From Camelus dromedarius (Eukaryota): a stretch of 64,000 nt of DNA. The translations under genes were made by a program, and so were the position numbers. The DNA lies in contig NC_087438.1 in assembly GCF_036321535.1 (NCBI RefSeq), positions 7,318,001 to 7,382,000 of the forward strand, written 5' to 3'. The notes under the pieces are model-generated. The model was not told the DNA's origin and made no database searches. It saw only the letters and a list, made by a program, of their open reading frames with translations. Within the stretch, counting starts at the first letter, position 1. Each line of letters begins with the position of its first letter. This document shows, piece by piece, positions 12,401 to 24,170 of the stretch.

Positions 12401-14859
12401 ATTAGGCTTTGAAAAGCACCTGCACTTCATCCTTCACAAGAGCATCCCTCTGCGTGTACAGCGGCAAATGTACACACGCGTAACGTACTTTTCCATCCGA
12501 GCGGATTGCTTACAAATGGCCATTATTTCTAGGGTTCTCTCCAGGTGCGGGCGTGTTTGGAGCCCTTTGCTTTCTCTTCATTCCTCCCAGCAATGCTTTG
12601 AGGAAAGTCCTGTTCTCCGAATCGTGGGATAGGGCGCTATGGAGAGGGAGGCGCGGCAGATGGAAGTGGTCAGGGGGGATCTGAACTCAGACCACGGACT
12701 CCAGAGCCGCCACTAGCGGAGTACGGCCTTGGGGTGGAGGGGCCCCTCTGGGGAGTGTGCCGCCCACAGGCTGGGATGTGGCCTCAGGGAGCAGGACTCC
12801 TAAAGTGGTCCCAACCCTAAAAAGTGCTAGGTGTCAGCCTCCCAGCTGCACTCATCCTGCGGTTCTCGGACCCTCATCCGCCCACAGCTGTGCTTCTGCA
12901 TGTTGGGTCTGGTGTCCCTGACCCACCGAGGTGCCCGGTGGGCTGGGGGTGGCAGCCCCTGTCCTAGGGGTGGCGGTGACGTCTTGCTCACTCCCCGGCC
13001 TCTTTCCTCTCAGTCAGGTTCCCCTGCTGAGGATCTAGAGCTGGTTCTGAGATGCCCACGTGGCTTTCTGTTGCCCCTGCAGCCGGTGCAGACATACAGC
13101 TGCCGTGTGTGTGAGCCTCCGGCCACGGGCACATTTAGTACCTGCCTCCCACCGAGAGGAAGCAGCTGCTCGTGGGCCCCTGGGCTCCTGGGCTCACGTC
13201 CCACCCCCCTCCCCTGAGCTGAGCGTCTCCTCTGTGGGGAAGGAGGAGGTGGCAGCGGCGGATGCTGGACATGGTGGCCCATCCATCCCTTCAGCCTGAT
13301 GGACTGGCTTCACTCCAGGCCCACACCGCTCCCCCACCCCCCGAGAGTGTGGGTCTCCCACCTGCACCGGCCACAAGGCCCACGACCGCGTTGTGAACTA
13401 GGAAACCTGTGAGGGTAAGGAAATGAGAAGGGTTGTGAAAACTGAGATTTGGGGTCAATGGCGCTGCGGGCTGCGGAGTCCGGTCTCCCTTGAGCTCACG
13501 CCACACCACAGGAGCGAGTCCCTATCTGTTCCTACTCTCATCAAAGGGTCAGCCAGGGTATCACCCGTGTTGTCATTCTCTGCAGCTAAAAGGGACACTG
13601 TGGGCGCTGTGAGGTGGTTCACGGCATCGTCATGAGAACCGCTGAAATTCTGAAATGACAGACCCACAGGACAGGCGCCGAGGATGCTCAGGAAGCCACA
13701 GGACCTCCATGCCTGTGTTTCTCGCGCGTCTCCAGGTTCACACGCGGCTCAGGAGTGAACCCTTGGCTGACAACAGTGCGGTCCCCTCCTCCTGGATGGA
13801 TTACAAACCAGAGGAAAAACCTGCAGGAGGTCAAAAGGGACGTCTGCCAAGGAGGGGTCCTTGTGGCTGGTGAGCTGTAGCCTTAGGACCCACGACCCCC
13901 TGGAATTGAGAAGTCTGTTTCGGGCAAACAAACTCTCCAAACCAAGCAAGTTGCTTTGTGAATCCTTTTGGGTTTAAAAATTGCTGCAAATCTTTTTGTC
14001 AGAAGTGTTAACACCGGTAGCGTCATTGCGCCTTTGCAGAGTGATGCCAGGATGTTTGGATGGATTTCTTCCTTAAATACCTCTTCCTCGGAAGTGTTTG
14101 AACATCACGTCACTCAGATTTCATCTGCGGGCTCCTCACCAGCTGCTGCCTCCTCCCCTCCCTCAGTGAGGCCCCGCAGTTCCACATACATGACGACCTT
14201 CCTCCACCGTGTTGGATAAAACAGCAAAGTCTAACAAAAAACCCATCTCTGACATCTCGAGCAAGGAACCTGTGAAAGACACAACTTTGTCTTCTCCAAG
14301 TCCTCCTCCTTTCAGGGGCGTCGGTGTGCGCGGTGGTCCTTGGAGAAACGAATGCCATCATTTTTCTAATTAGAGCATCCTTCTGCCCCCAGTGTCAGGC
14401 TAATGTCGGAACTGTGTTGTCCCCGGCCCGGAATTCCAGCACAGCAGGGGCACAAGTCCCGGCCAGGGCAGGTGGGAAGTGGCTTTGCAGACGCCCAAAG
14501 CCCCGGGCTGATGGTGATGGGGGAGGTGGCTTCACACCCTCCGGCTGAACGCCTGGAATCCAGGCACCAGTCTGCCCGTCACTCACTCCCTGAGCCAGCC
14601 CAGTGGCCGTTAGCGGTGGTGGAATGTGTGGTCACCGCTGGGCTCAGGAGGCCGACCGCCTGCGTTGGGTCCCAGCTGGCTTACCTGGGGCAAGTGATTC
14701 AGCTTCCCTGGGCCCCGCTGACCTCATCTCACAAAGTTACTCTAACCAGTAGATGAGAGGCCCGGTTGTGCCTGGGACACGAACCTTGTTTCAGTCCTGC
14801 TGTCTTTCCCCTCCCCCTGCCGGAAGCACAGGTGATTTTTCTCTGATATTTACTGTGAG

Positions 14860-15145
14860 AACCTGGCCCTGCTCCTGGGGCTTTGAAGAAGCAAGCTGCT
14901 GTGTTCTAAGAGGACCTCAGAGAGGGAGCTGCAGGTGGCCTTCAAGGGCTCAGGGGGGACTTAGGCCAACAGCCGGCAAGAAGCCAGGGCCCCGGACCAG
15001 TCTTACAGGAAGTGAGTTCTGCCAACACCCTGAGGCAGGTTGGAAGTGGCTCCACCACCAGAACCGAACTCTGGCCACCACCTGATTGGAGGCTGACAGT
15101 GCTCAGGCTCCTGGCCCACAGAAACTGCAAAATAATGAATGTGTT
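14860..15145 (+). mobile_element. MLT1E/F-like LTR fragment followed by an A-tract (15148-15168)
   Basis: GGCTTTGAAGAAGCAAGCTGC...CAACAGCCGGCAAGAAGC...CTCCTGGCCCACAGAAACTG. Confidence 0.65.
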
Positions 15146-16229
15146 CCAAAAAAAAAAAAAAAAAAAAAGATCTGGCTCCAGCCCTGTACGTGTCCTCAGG
15201 GACGCTGGTTTACCTCCCCCCAGTCTCTGTCCCAGGCAAGCAGGGCTGTGTGCGACCTTCCCTAAGTCTGCAGCTCTCCCTGGGGACTGTCCTCCACAGC
15301 CCTCCTTGCTCTTTCCTCCTGTGAGTGCAGCCCAGATTCATTCCCTCAGGAGCTCCTCTTGGGGGGTCCGAGTCTGTCCTACAGCCCCGCTGTCTGGGTT
15401 CCTCATCTTCCCTTAGGTTCTTCCTCCTTAGGTCAAGCTGTGAGATCAGCCATCTCACTACATTCCTGGAAACGTAACCCAGCTCGCGGGGGCCGCTCCC
15501 CACTCCTCTGTTGCATGTGTGCAAGTGATGGATCCTAACACTCGTCCAAGATGCTCTGTGAGGTCAGCACGAGAGCTAACACTGAGACCAGCCCCTCAGC
15601 TTTGTGGGCCTTCCCGGTGTGTCTGACACAGGCGGTGGCTCCCCCTACCCTGAGCACAGTTCCTCGCACCCTCGTGGCTTGATGGTGGGGGTGGTCAGCA
15701 TGTTCTGAAGCTTGTGCCATGTGGAGGTGGGAAGGCTCCCCCGAGGACGGGCGTTCTGCTGAAAGTCAGGCATGTTGGCGGGGGTGGGGGTGGTGACTGA
15801 CCCAGGCCTTCTACCTTCTGGACCTGTGACAAGGCCCAGAGCCAGGCTGAGCCCCACCTGAAGCCTGCACAGAGCCGGGGCGCAGTGGGCCCTGCCCTGC
15901 CAGTCCCCACCCTCTACAGGTGGTCTCTGACTGGGGACAGTCCGCTCCGTCCCTGTAGGTATGTCGTGAGGCTGAAGGGGCTGGAGGGTCTGCATTGGCT
16001 TGAGAGGTCCGTTGTCAATAGGATAGCTGCTTCCTCCTCATAAAATAAAATCTGGGAATTAATTGCATCTTGATCAAACCTTTCCTTTCTCTTTATGACA
16101 ATTATAAATTCCCCTGGTTCTGAATTTGGGGAAAATTTCCGTAAAGCAAGTGTTTCTCCTGCTGCCGTCTTTGCTCGCTAGCGAAGCCCGGTAATAACTG
16201 TGTTCACACCCGGTTTGCTGTGTCCCTAG

Positions 16230-16405
16230 TCGCTGACGACCGCGATGAAGCACCTGTGTGAGATCCTGACCGGCGACCCCGAGGGCGGCGCCGCTTGCAT
16301 CCCGTTCGAGACCTTCTCCTACGTCTACCGTTACCTGTCGGGACTCGACTCGGACATACCTGCCTCGGACACGGAGACCTATCTGGCCTCTCTGAAGGAG
16401 AACGT
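16230..16405 (+). CDS. ROPN1L: Ropporin-1-like protein, coding exon 4
   Basis: Acceptor TGTCCCTAG| and donor GT|GTAAGT; encodes SLTTAMKHLCEILTGDPEGGAACIPFETFSYVYRYLSGLDSDIPASDTETYLASLKEN(V). Confidence 0.96.
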
Positions 16406-17949
16406 GTAAGTGTGAGCACACCCTGCAGCTCAGGTGTGTGGGGGGTCGGGGGCTCCCTTCCTCCCATTCTCCTCTGTCTTCAGACGACTTTGTTCCAGCG
16501 AACCCCGCCTCCGGCAGAAGGGAAGTGGCTCATTCTGGGCTCCGAGATGTGGCTCAGTGGTGCTGGACAAAGCTGGGCCGCAGGAGGGGTAACTTCAGAG
16601 GAAGGAAACATTATCTGTCGTTAAGAAACGTTATGGGAAATGTGTCTTTATTCTTAAGTACAGGATAACGGATGGTTTAAAACAGGGCATGTTCAAAAGT
16701 AAGATAGAATTCATTTCTCAACAATGAAACATGGAGATGAGTGGAGGGAGTGAATGTGTAGCCACCCCGTGCCCCCAGCCCCCAGGCTGTGCTGCCTGGA
16801 GGAGGGGGCTCGGGGGAAGAGCGGCCCAGCAGGTGGGGGTGGCTGTGGCCCCGCCTGGCGAGGTGGCTCTGAGTGCCGCCCAGAGGTCAGGCTGGAGGAA
16901 GTCTTGTGATCATTAGAAGGTGGCTCCCCCAGGCCCCCTGAGGCCTCCCAGCCCCTCCCGGCCACACCCCAAGTGCCCCCAACGGTCGTCCGAGCCGCAC
17001 ACTTTCCATCTTAAGCCCAAGACCTTTACGGAGTGCTGCCTCTGTGCAGGGATGTAGGGGGTGGGTTGGATCATAAGAGAGCTAGGGCCTGAGGGACGGT
17101 GATGGTGACGGTGACAGTGACAGTGATGGTGATGGGGCTGTCTCAGCCGCACTCCCCTGGCCCCTGAGAGCCTGAGCCCAGACTCTCGTCCCCTCGGCCT
17201 CCCCCACTGCCCCATCTGGGATGTGGCACGAGCCCCCATCTCACCTCCTCCTATTGGGACCCTGGCCACCAGCAGCCCTTGCCTCCGTGGCCTCTCCCCT
17301 CATGCTCCAGCCTCCCTGTCCCTCCAAACCACTTCCTCTCCTCCCTTCAAAATTGCACTCTCTTGGAGACCCCCACCACTGAGCTATGCCCCCAGACTCA
17401 GTGATCCAGTCTTTCTTTCCTGTCCACTGACATGGTAACCCTCTCCCCATCCCTCCCCTCCACGAAGCTATGACTCCTCGGTCACTCGCTCTGGACACCA
17501 TCAAACCTCAGCTGGCCCCACACTCTGCCCTCTCTGACCCCCATCTCTTGGCCACCATTCCCTCATTCTCCTGGGCCCCCTCAGCGCGTGCCTATCCCCC
17601 ACCCACATCCCACCCTCAGGCCCCTCCTCACCCTGGGGGAATCTGCCCCCTACCCAGCCATCTCCACTCCTTGAGCCCAGGGCATCACCCTCCTCTCTCC
17701 TGAGCCCTCCAGTGTCATCCCCACGTGCAACCCACTCCCCCTGCCTGCACCATCACCAAGTGTCCTCTGCTCAGGGAGGCCTCCCCTAAACGGCGCTGCC
17801 ATAAAGCAGCACCTTCCTCCCTCCGTCCGTCCGTGAAGTCATCTTCCCTGCTGTGTATGGAGCACAGCCACGTGGGCTGCTCCACCAGCCTGGGGTAGGG
17901 TCTGCACGCTGAGCGGTGCTGGGGGGACATGTGTGGATGGACCCCACAG

Positions 17950-18500
17950 GTGGTCGAGGTGGAGGGGCATGGGAGCCCCTGAGGAGTTTGGCTTATGCCT
18001 AGTGGCACTAGGGAGCCACAGAAGGTCTTAGAGAGGGAACACAGTGGTTATTTTTGGTTAGAATTCTCCTTGAGTCGCAGATGTAAGGAGACTAGTTAGG
18101 AGGCTTCTGCAGAGGTCCAGACAAGAAATGACAAAGAAGGGAGAGGTTTTTCAGTGCTGCTTGGATTGGGGTGGTTGACTGGATGTGAGGAGTGAGGAGA
18201 GAGACTTCCAGGAATGCCCCAGATGGCTGTCGTGGCCTCCTGAGTGGACATTTGTGTGTCTCCCAGGAAGGACCTGGGAGAGGCAGGACTTGGGAGGCCC
18301 AGGGTGGGTCAGGGAGCTCAGATCTGGGCTGGACATCCCAGTGTGAGGAGACCACAGCCTTTGGGGAGGGGGCAGTGAGTGAGGAGGGGCTGGAGCGGGA
18401 AGAGGAAAGCTGGGGAAAGTGAGGCCCGGAAGGGCCTGGGCAGGAGAGGGCAGGAGGGCCTTGTCCAGTGTGGCAGACTCCAAAACTGTCCCATACACTG
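17950..18500 (-). mobile_element. Degenerate LINE-2 body
   Basis: GGGAGCCACAGAAGGTCTTAGAG, AGTTAGGAGGCTTCTGCAGAGGTCCAG and GACTGGATGTGAGGAGTGAGG resemble antisense L2. Confidence 0.5.
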
Positions 18501-20229
18501 GCTATGGTGGTCACTGTGCCCCTGGCAGCAGTGATTTCAGAGGACTTCAGGGGACAGAGGAGATGAAGTGTGGCCTCCAGCTGCTGGGGTCTGGTTACAG
18601 ACTCCTGGGAAGGGGGAGGTCGGCTTGACCTCCAGGAGGAGGGCTGAAGGTAAAGAAGCACACTTACCTGCCAGGTGGGAGGTCCTGGTCTATAACCAGG
18701 TGCCTTGTGCACCCTAGCTGAGGACAGCCCCCCACAAGGCTCCCAGGAAACACCTGAATGGACCTGGGCACCCTGGTTAAGTCCTCAGAGCAGGCAGGGT
18801 GCGTGAGCTGGGCTTTCTGAGTCATCCTTTGAGAGCAAATCCACCCCGCTCCCCACCACCTGCAAGCGCCTGGCCTGCGTGCTGGATGGAGGCCGCGAGC
18901 TGAGTGGGGAGCGCCCCGCCCCGACGCCCTGGCCTGGGTCACTGGGTCAGACCCCCCCCCGCCCACTCCACCAACGTAGACTTGTTAACTCGGCTGCTTT
19001 GTGCAGCAGGAGTGATTTCCTCTTTGTCTCGGCCGATTCAACAATCCTTTATTCATTCCATGACTCATTCATTCCTTGGTTTCCAAAGCGTTTCAGAGCC
19101 CTCAACATCTCCTTAGCGAATGATGCTGGACCCTGCCCTGCGCTGCCTTCACGGCCACTCAGGCGGCGAGAGCCCCGGCGGTGGCCCGTGGAGGGACAGG
19201 CCTAGCTGGGGGGCGGGAGCTCTGGCTGGGGGTGCCGGGGGCTGACCTAGCTCGGGAGGCTGGGGAGGCCCCAGCAGGTTAGAGTGACCTCTGCTGTTGG
19301 CAGAAGGATGCTGATGTGGTTGTTCTCAAGCCACGGATGGTACCTAAGGGGAAGAGTTACTGTATTTTGCAGGAAAAGGCCAAGTAAAATTTTACTCCAT
19401 GGTTTTCTTTCGTTATGTGGTCAGTGGCTTTTCCCCGCCTGTGGGGAGCTCCGGTTGGCTTTCCTTTAGTATCAGCACAACAAGGACAGTAAGCGGGTCC
19501 TCCTGCTGCCTGAGCAGAGGCTGGGAGTCCTCACACCCAGGAGCACAGGTGCTCGGGGCTACTGGTGTGGTTCCTCCGAGACCCCCTCCACCTCCCCGCA
19601 GCCACAGTTGGGGGCTATTCCACAGGTGTTAATTCCCCTGGGCCTGTAAGAGGAGGTTGCTTTTTATGGTAAAATATCTTTTAGAATCACTAACTTGTAT
19701 TCCTTTTGCTTTTAAAAGTGAGCCCTCAAGGCAGTTCTCATTTTCCCACTGACATTGAAAATGAACGTTGTTATGGTTCCATGTTTTTACATCTGCTGAT
19801 GTTGTCAGTAGAAATTTACTAATGTTCACCATCTTTTAAGAGGTACAACTATCTATAGACAAAGAGAAAAATCAAAAGAGATACTATTGTCAATGCCAAA
19901 GTTTCACAGACTCGAGACAGTCCTTTGAGTTTTACTGGACCAATTTTTTAAACAGAAGGATATTTTTGTTATACTTGTGACTAAAATTTGAGTCGTCAAT
20001 AAAGAAAAATCCATAACATAGTACTGCTTTTTTTGCCTAGGAATAAACACCCATTTTTTTTAATATAAGAAAACAGAATACTTTATTTTTAGAGGTAAGA
20101 CTTACGATTGGAGCCCATAAATAATCAAAATTTTAAGGTAAAACTTACAAATTATACGGTGTTCCATAGAAGTTGTATTGTGTGCTATAAGAAGTTACTA
20201 ATATGTGCCTTTATCTGTTTCCAATTTAG

Positions 20230-20293
20230 AGACTCTAAAAAGAATGGCATGATAGGACTTTCAGATTTCTTCGTTCTACAGAGGAAAATTTAG
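20230..20293 (+). CDS. ROPN1L: Ropporin-1-like protein, last coding exon
   Basis: Acceptor TTTCCAATTTAG|; encodes (V)DSKKNGMIGLSDFFVLQRKI*, stop TAG 20291-20293. Confidence 0.94.
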
Positions 20294-20390
20294 AAAACCT
20301 CGAAAAAGAAAACTCAGAAGACATAGGCCGTTAATACAGAGAAGAACACAATTTAATGTCAAAATAGTGCTTTTTAAAACCTTGGCACCA

Positions 20391-20396
20391 AATACA
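20391..20396 (+). terminator. ROPN1L: Candidate non-canonical polyadenylation signal AATACA
   Basis: No AATAAA seen just after the stop; AATACA is followed 25-45 nt later by a GT/T-rich element (GAAGTGTGAGTTTTTTCTC). Confidence 0.45.
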
Positions 20397-21372
20397 ATTT
20401 GTCATTAACCACATACATATGAAGTGTGAGTTTTTTCTCGTAGCAGAATGTGGCCGATGTGTCATGGGGGCCTATTTAATGATTATTCTTCACCAAGTCC
20501 TTCTAAGAGCCTGAAATGCAAAACATCCTCCGCAGCGAAATGATCTTTTTGAGTAGAACAATCTTTGGCCACTGCAGAGTGTGGAGGTGGGGTGGGCAGT
20601 TCAAAACCAGCTGTTTCTCCTCTTCCTTTGAAAGTCTGACCAGCAGGAAGGCCGATGACCTCTGCTCCCTGCTCCTGCCAAAGCCGGATCTTCTGTGACA
20701 GGAGGGCCTGGGGGCTCGCTGGCTGGATGAGCAGCAGGGCTGGGAAGCAAACTGGACAAGCAGCTTGGACCAGCACGTGGTCTGCTGGACGGAGGCAAGC
20801 ATCCGAGACCCTTTCTTGCTTTCTTTATATATAAAGTCTCAAACTGACAAGGCCAATTAGTACATCTCAGACTGTTTTTCTGAGAACGTGGGAATGGTTG
20901 TCTTGCTGGTTCTCTGCACATTTATCACACACCGTGCTGATAAATGATACAGGTTTTCAAATACCTTGAAAACCCAGAGTTAGGAGACGCATTGGCAGTT
21001 ACCCTAAAAAGCATTTCAGTTTTTGCACTGAGGCATGAGGTATAGTTTTCATCTGAACATGAAACTATGGTACTTGAGGTGATCATTTGCCTGGGCTCAT
21101 GGCCGCCCCCGCCCCGGGAATGGACAGTGGAGTCTCTTCATCAAATTACAAGTAACTTTTCAGAGTCGGAGTTTTAAAAGCTTTTATAATTTTTGAGTTG
21201 CTTTAAACCTTCTCAAAACTCACTTCCCCCTAAAATTTTAGTATTTTATCCTTCTATGATACTCCATACACGGGGATAAGAAAGAAGACACCCTAGGTTT
21301 TGCATAAGAGCAGTGGGAAGTCGTGTGGAGTCACTGGGTGTGCGCAGGGGAAGCACTGAAGCAAGAAGCGGC

Positions 21373-21430
21373 GTGCAAAGGAAGGGTGTGCAAAGGAAGG
21401 GTGTGCAAAGGAAGAGTGTGCAAAGGAAGA
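21373..21430. repeat. Minisatellite, 15-bp unit GTGCAAAGGAAG(G/A)GT, ~3.9 copies
   Basis: Units start at 21373, 21388, 21403 and 21418. Confidence 0.9.
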
Positions 21431-23699
21431 CAGACGAACAGTGGGACATCCCCGTGAATATGACACTGACCTGATGACAGACACAGAGTTTTGTGTTTTT
21501 TTTAAGCCAGATGATCAGCCACCTCAGGAGGCTCACTGGCAGGGAGCACAGGACGTGCGCATGTGACAAAGAGACGCTGGCCTGCCCATCAGTCAGGAGA
21601 CAGAAAAGGGACAATTTAACATAAGGGATTCACAGCCACTCCTGCAAGGTCACCACGAGGACTTGGGAGGGCCTCCCGCCCGCGGTTGGGGCGCAGCTCT
21701 GGAGAGTGGCCCGCGGGGTCTGCAGGGCTGAGTTGCCCGGAGTGTCAGTGGGCCTGTCGGATGCGGCCGGGCACCCGGGTGAACAGGCTGCTAGACTGTT
21801 GTCAAAGTCGGGCGTGGAGCTAGCTCATGAGGGACCCGGAGGTATAAAGGCCCAGAGAGGCATCCTCGGGGGATGTTGTTCCAGTGAACCCTTCCTGGGG
21901 AAGCAGCTAGAGGGTTTCAGACCACCAGAGAGGTCGGAGAGGTCAGCATAAGGACCAGTACGGAGCATCGAATGCATAATTTATCCGGAGGGCTGAACCA
22001 CGAGATGGTGATCCTGCCGGGCTGTCGTACGTAATGCCCGTGCTCTGACGACGAGGTGCGTGACATCTAACGAGTATCAGAGACCCAGAGGTCCACATGA
22101 AAAGCATCTGTTTGCTACTTGTGTACATTATTAACTGGAGGTGAAACGACGTTCATATCAGACATACAGAGGGTGGAGAGGGAAGAGTTTTCCAGCCAGT
22201 TTCAGTATTGACTGTAGCAGACAACCAGCACCAGAGAGGACGGAGGGTGTCGCACAGAGACGCGGAGGGCAACCGCTACAGCAGAAACGCGGACCTTCCT
22301 GGACACCGACAGAAACAGACCGGTAGCAGGTAAAGAGCGCTGACAGCTGAACCAAAAAATAAAGAAAGTGTTTATGGGGGGAGGGAATGGGATGGAGGAG
22401 GCAGAGCTGGACCCGGACTCCTCTGCACCGACCTCTCTGTTGACTGAAATCCTCTATGTATTTTACATAATTGCAGAACAAAATTACACTGAAAAGTCCC
22501 TGAGAACTGAAAGTAAAATGAAACCGATGAACTGTGTATCCAGTCAGCATAATCACAGGAACTATTCCAAGGGACTTTACAGCTCAGTCATCTGAATATT
22601 CCTGGTGGAATAGACAGAAGCCAAGTTGAAATTCCCAAGCTCTTTTCAGTAACCAGTGACGGTGGTAATGGGGCGAGTGAGTGAGTGTTTTGGTGTCAGG
22701 GAGAACCTAGGTTTGCATCATGGAGGAGTGAAGAAAGAAAAGGTAAAGGCAGAATCCTGCGGTCCTGAGTTACCACTGGAGCGTCGCTGGGAAATTATCA
22801 CCCCTGCGCCCTGGAAAGGCCTAGACGCAGCAGCGCAGCCCGCACAGGGGGAGCACCCAGCGGCCAGGCGGTGGTCCCCGATGGCTCTGTTCGCGGAAAG
22901 GAGCAGGACGCCCTGCAGCAGGGCTGATCCCGGCTCGCGGGCAGGGAGTGTACGCGGGGCGACCCGGAGCAGCGTGTCACCCCGGCAACAAGTGGTGACA
23001 GGCTTCTAGGTTCATGTCAGAAAGACTTGGGGTCTAGTCGAATGAACTTCCACTTGCCCTGCTCTCCAGGGATCTAGAAGATTCCAGCCACTTAGCTGGC
23101 TCCCTGGGTTTCCTCCCTCTTCTCCATTTCCCTCTAAAAATGTGCCCTCCAGGGAGGACCACCAGTGTCTAACGGACTCCACTCCAGAGAGAAGCACGCC
23201 CCTCCCGCGTCATCCTGCCCCAGGAGCCGGGCTCCTGCCCTTCATGCCCCGGTTCCTGCCTGGGCCTGCTGCTTCCCAGAGGTCCTGTGGTCTAGGGGCC
23301 TGAGAACCGAAAGTGGCCCCCCCTCGAGCCTGCAGGGACAGGGCCCGCGACAGCTGTGGGGCCTGCTTACTGACAAGTGTCTGTCCATTCGGCAGAACTT
23401 GGGAGGAGACTTGCTGTCCCTGCAACCGTCTTGTAGGAGAGGGACACGGAGCCCCCACCTCCTCTTGTCCCTGGGGACCACCCCCATTTACCAAAAGAAC
23501 CTCACTGAATCACTGACCAGCCAAACTGGTTAGATCAAGGAGAGAAATTTGGATGGAATTTTATAAGACTGAGAATGGATGAATATTGTCGTAAATACAC
23601 TTGCTAATGTGGACATCTGAGCTCAAAAAACCAGACCAGTTTCACTCTATCAAAAAATCATGTGTCAGTAATGAAAGAGAATGAAGGAGGTAGAGGGGT

Positions 23700-24170
23700 A
23701 AATAAACTGGGGTACATCCAGACAGTGAAGTACTGTTCACAATGGAATACGATTCAGCTCTGAAAAGAAACGAGCTGTCAAGCCATGAAGACACGGATGA
23801 ACATTAAACGCACTTCACTAAGGGGAAGAAACCAAGCTGAAAAGGGTACTTCCTGTGTGCGCGACTTTCTAGAAAAGGCGAACTGTGGAGACAGTGAAAC
23901 TATCAGTGGTCATCGGGGTGGGGGTGGGGGGATACGAACAGGTGGAGCACAGAGGGTTTTAGGGCAGCGAAAATGCTCTATGATATTATAATGATGGATA
24001 CATATCCAAATCCACAGACTGTGCAACATGGAGAGTGAATGCTGGGGTAAGCTGTGGCCTCTGGGTGACAATGGTGTGTCGATGCAGGTTGATTGATTGC
24101 AACAAATGGACCTTCTGGTGGGGATGGTGGTGGAGGGAGGCTGTGCGTGCGTCTGTGCAGGGGGCACGTG
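23700..24170 (+). mobile_element. L1MC-like 3'UTR fragment
   Basis: AATAAACTGGGGTACATCCAGACA...AAAGGCGAACTGTGGAGACAGTGAAA...GGATACATATCCAAATCCACAGA. Confidence 0.8.

Larger units (their letters stand above)
4379..20293 (+). other. ROPN1L: ROPN1L coding span, join(4379..4509,8067..8190,9330..9491,16230..16405,20230..20293), 218 aa
   Basis: Exon lengths 131+124+162+176+64=657 nt = 218 codons + stop; protein recognisable as ropporin-1-like. Confidence 0.95.

Noticed and set aside
20284..20293. Programmed -1 frameshift at GAAAATTTAG giving the longer C-terminus
   Set aside because: AAATTTA is not in the X_XXY_YYZ register relative to the coding frame and I see no downstream stimulatory structure; an evolutionary indel is simpler
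21373..21430. CRISPR-like array
   Set aside because: Head-to-tail tandem repeat with no spacers, in mammalian DNA
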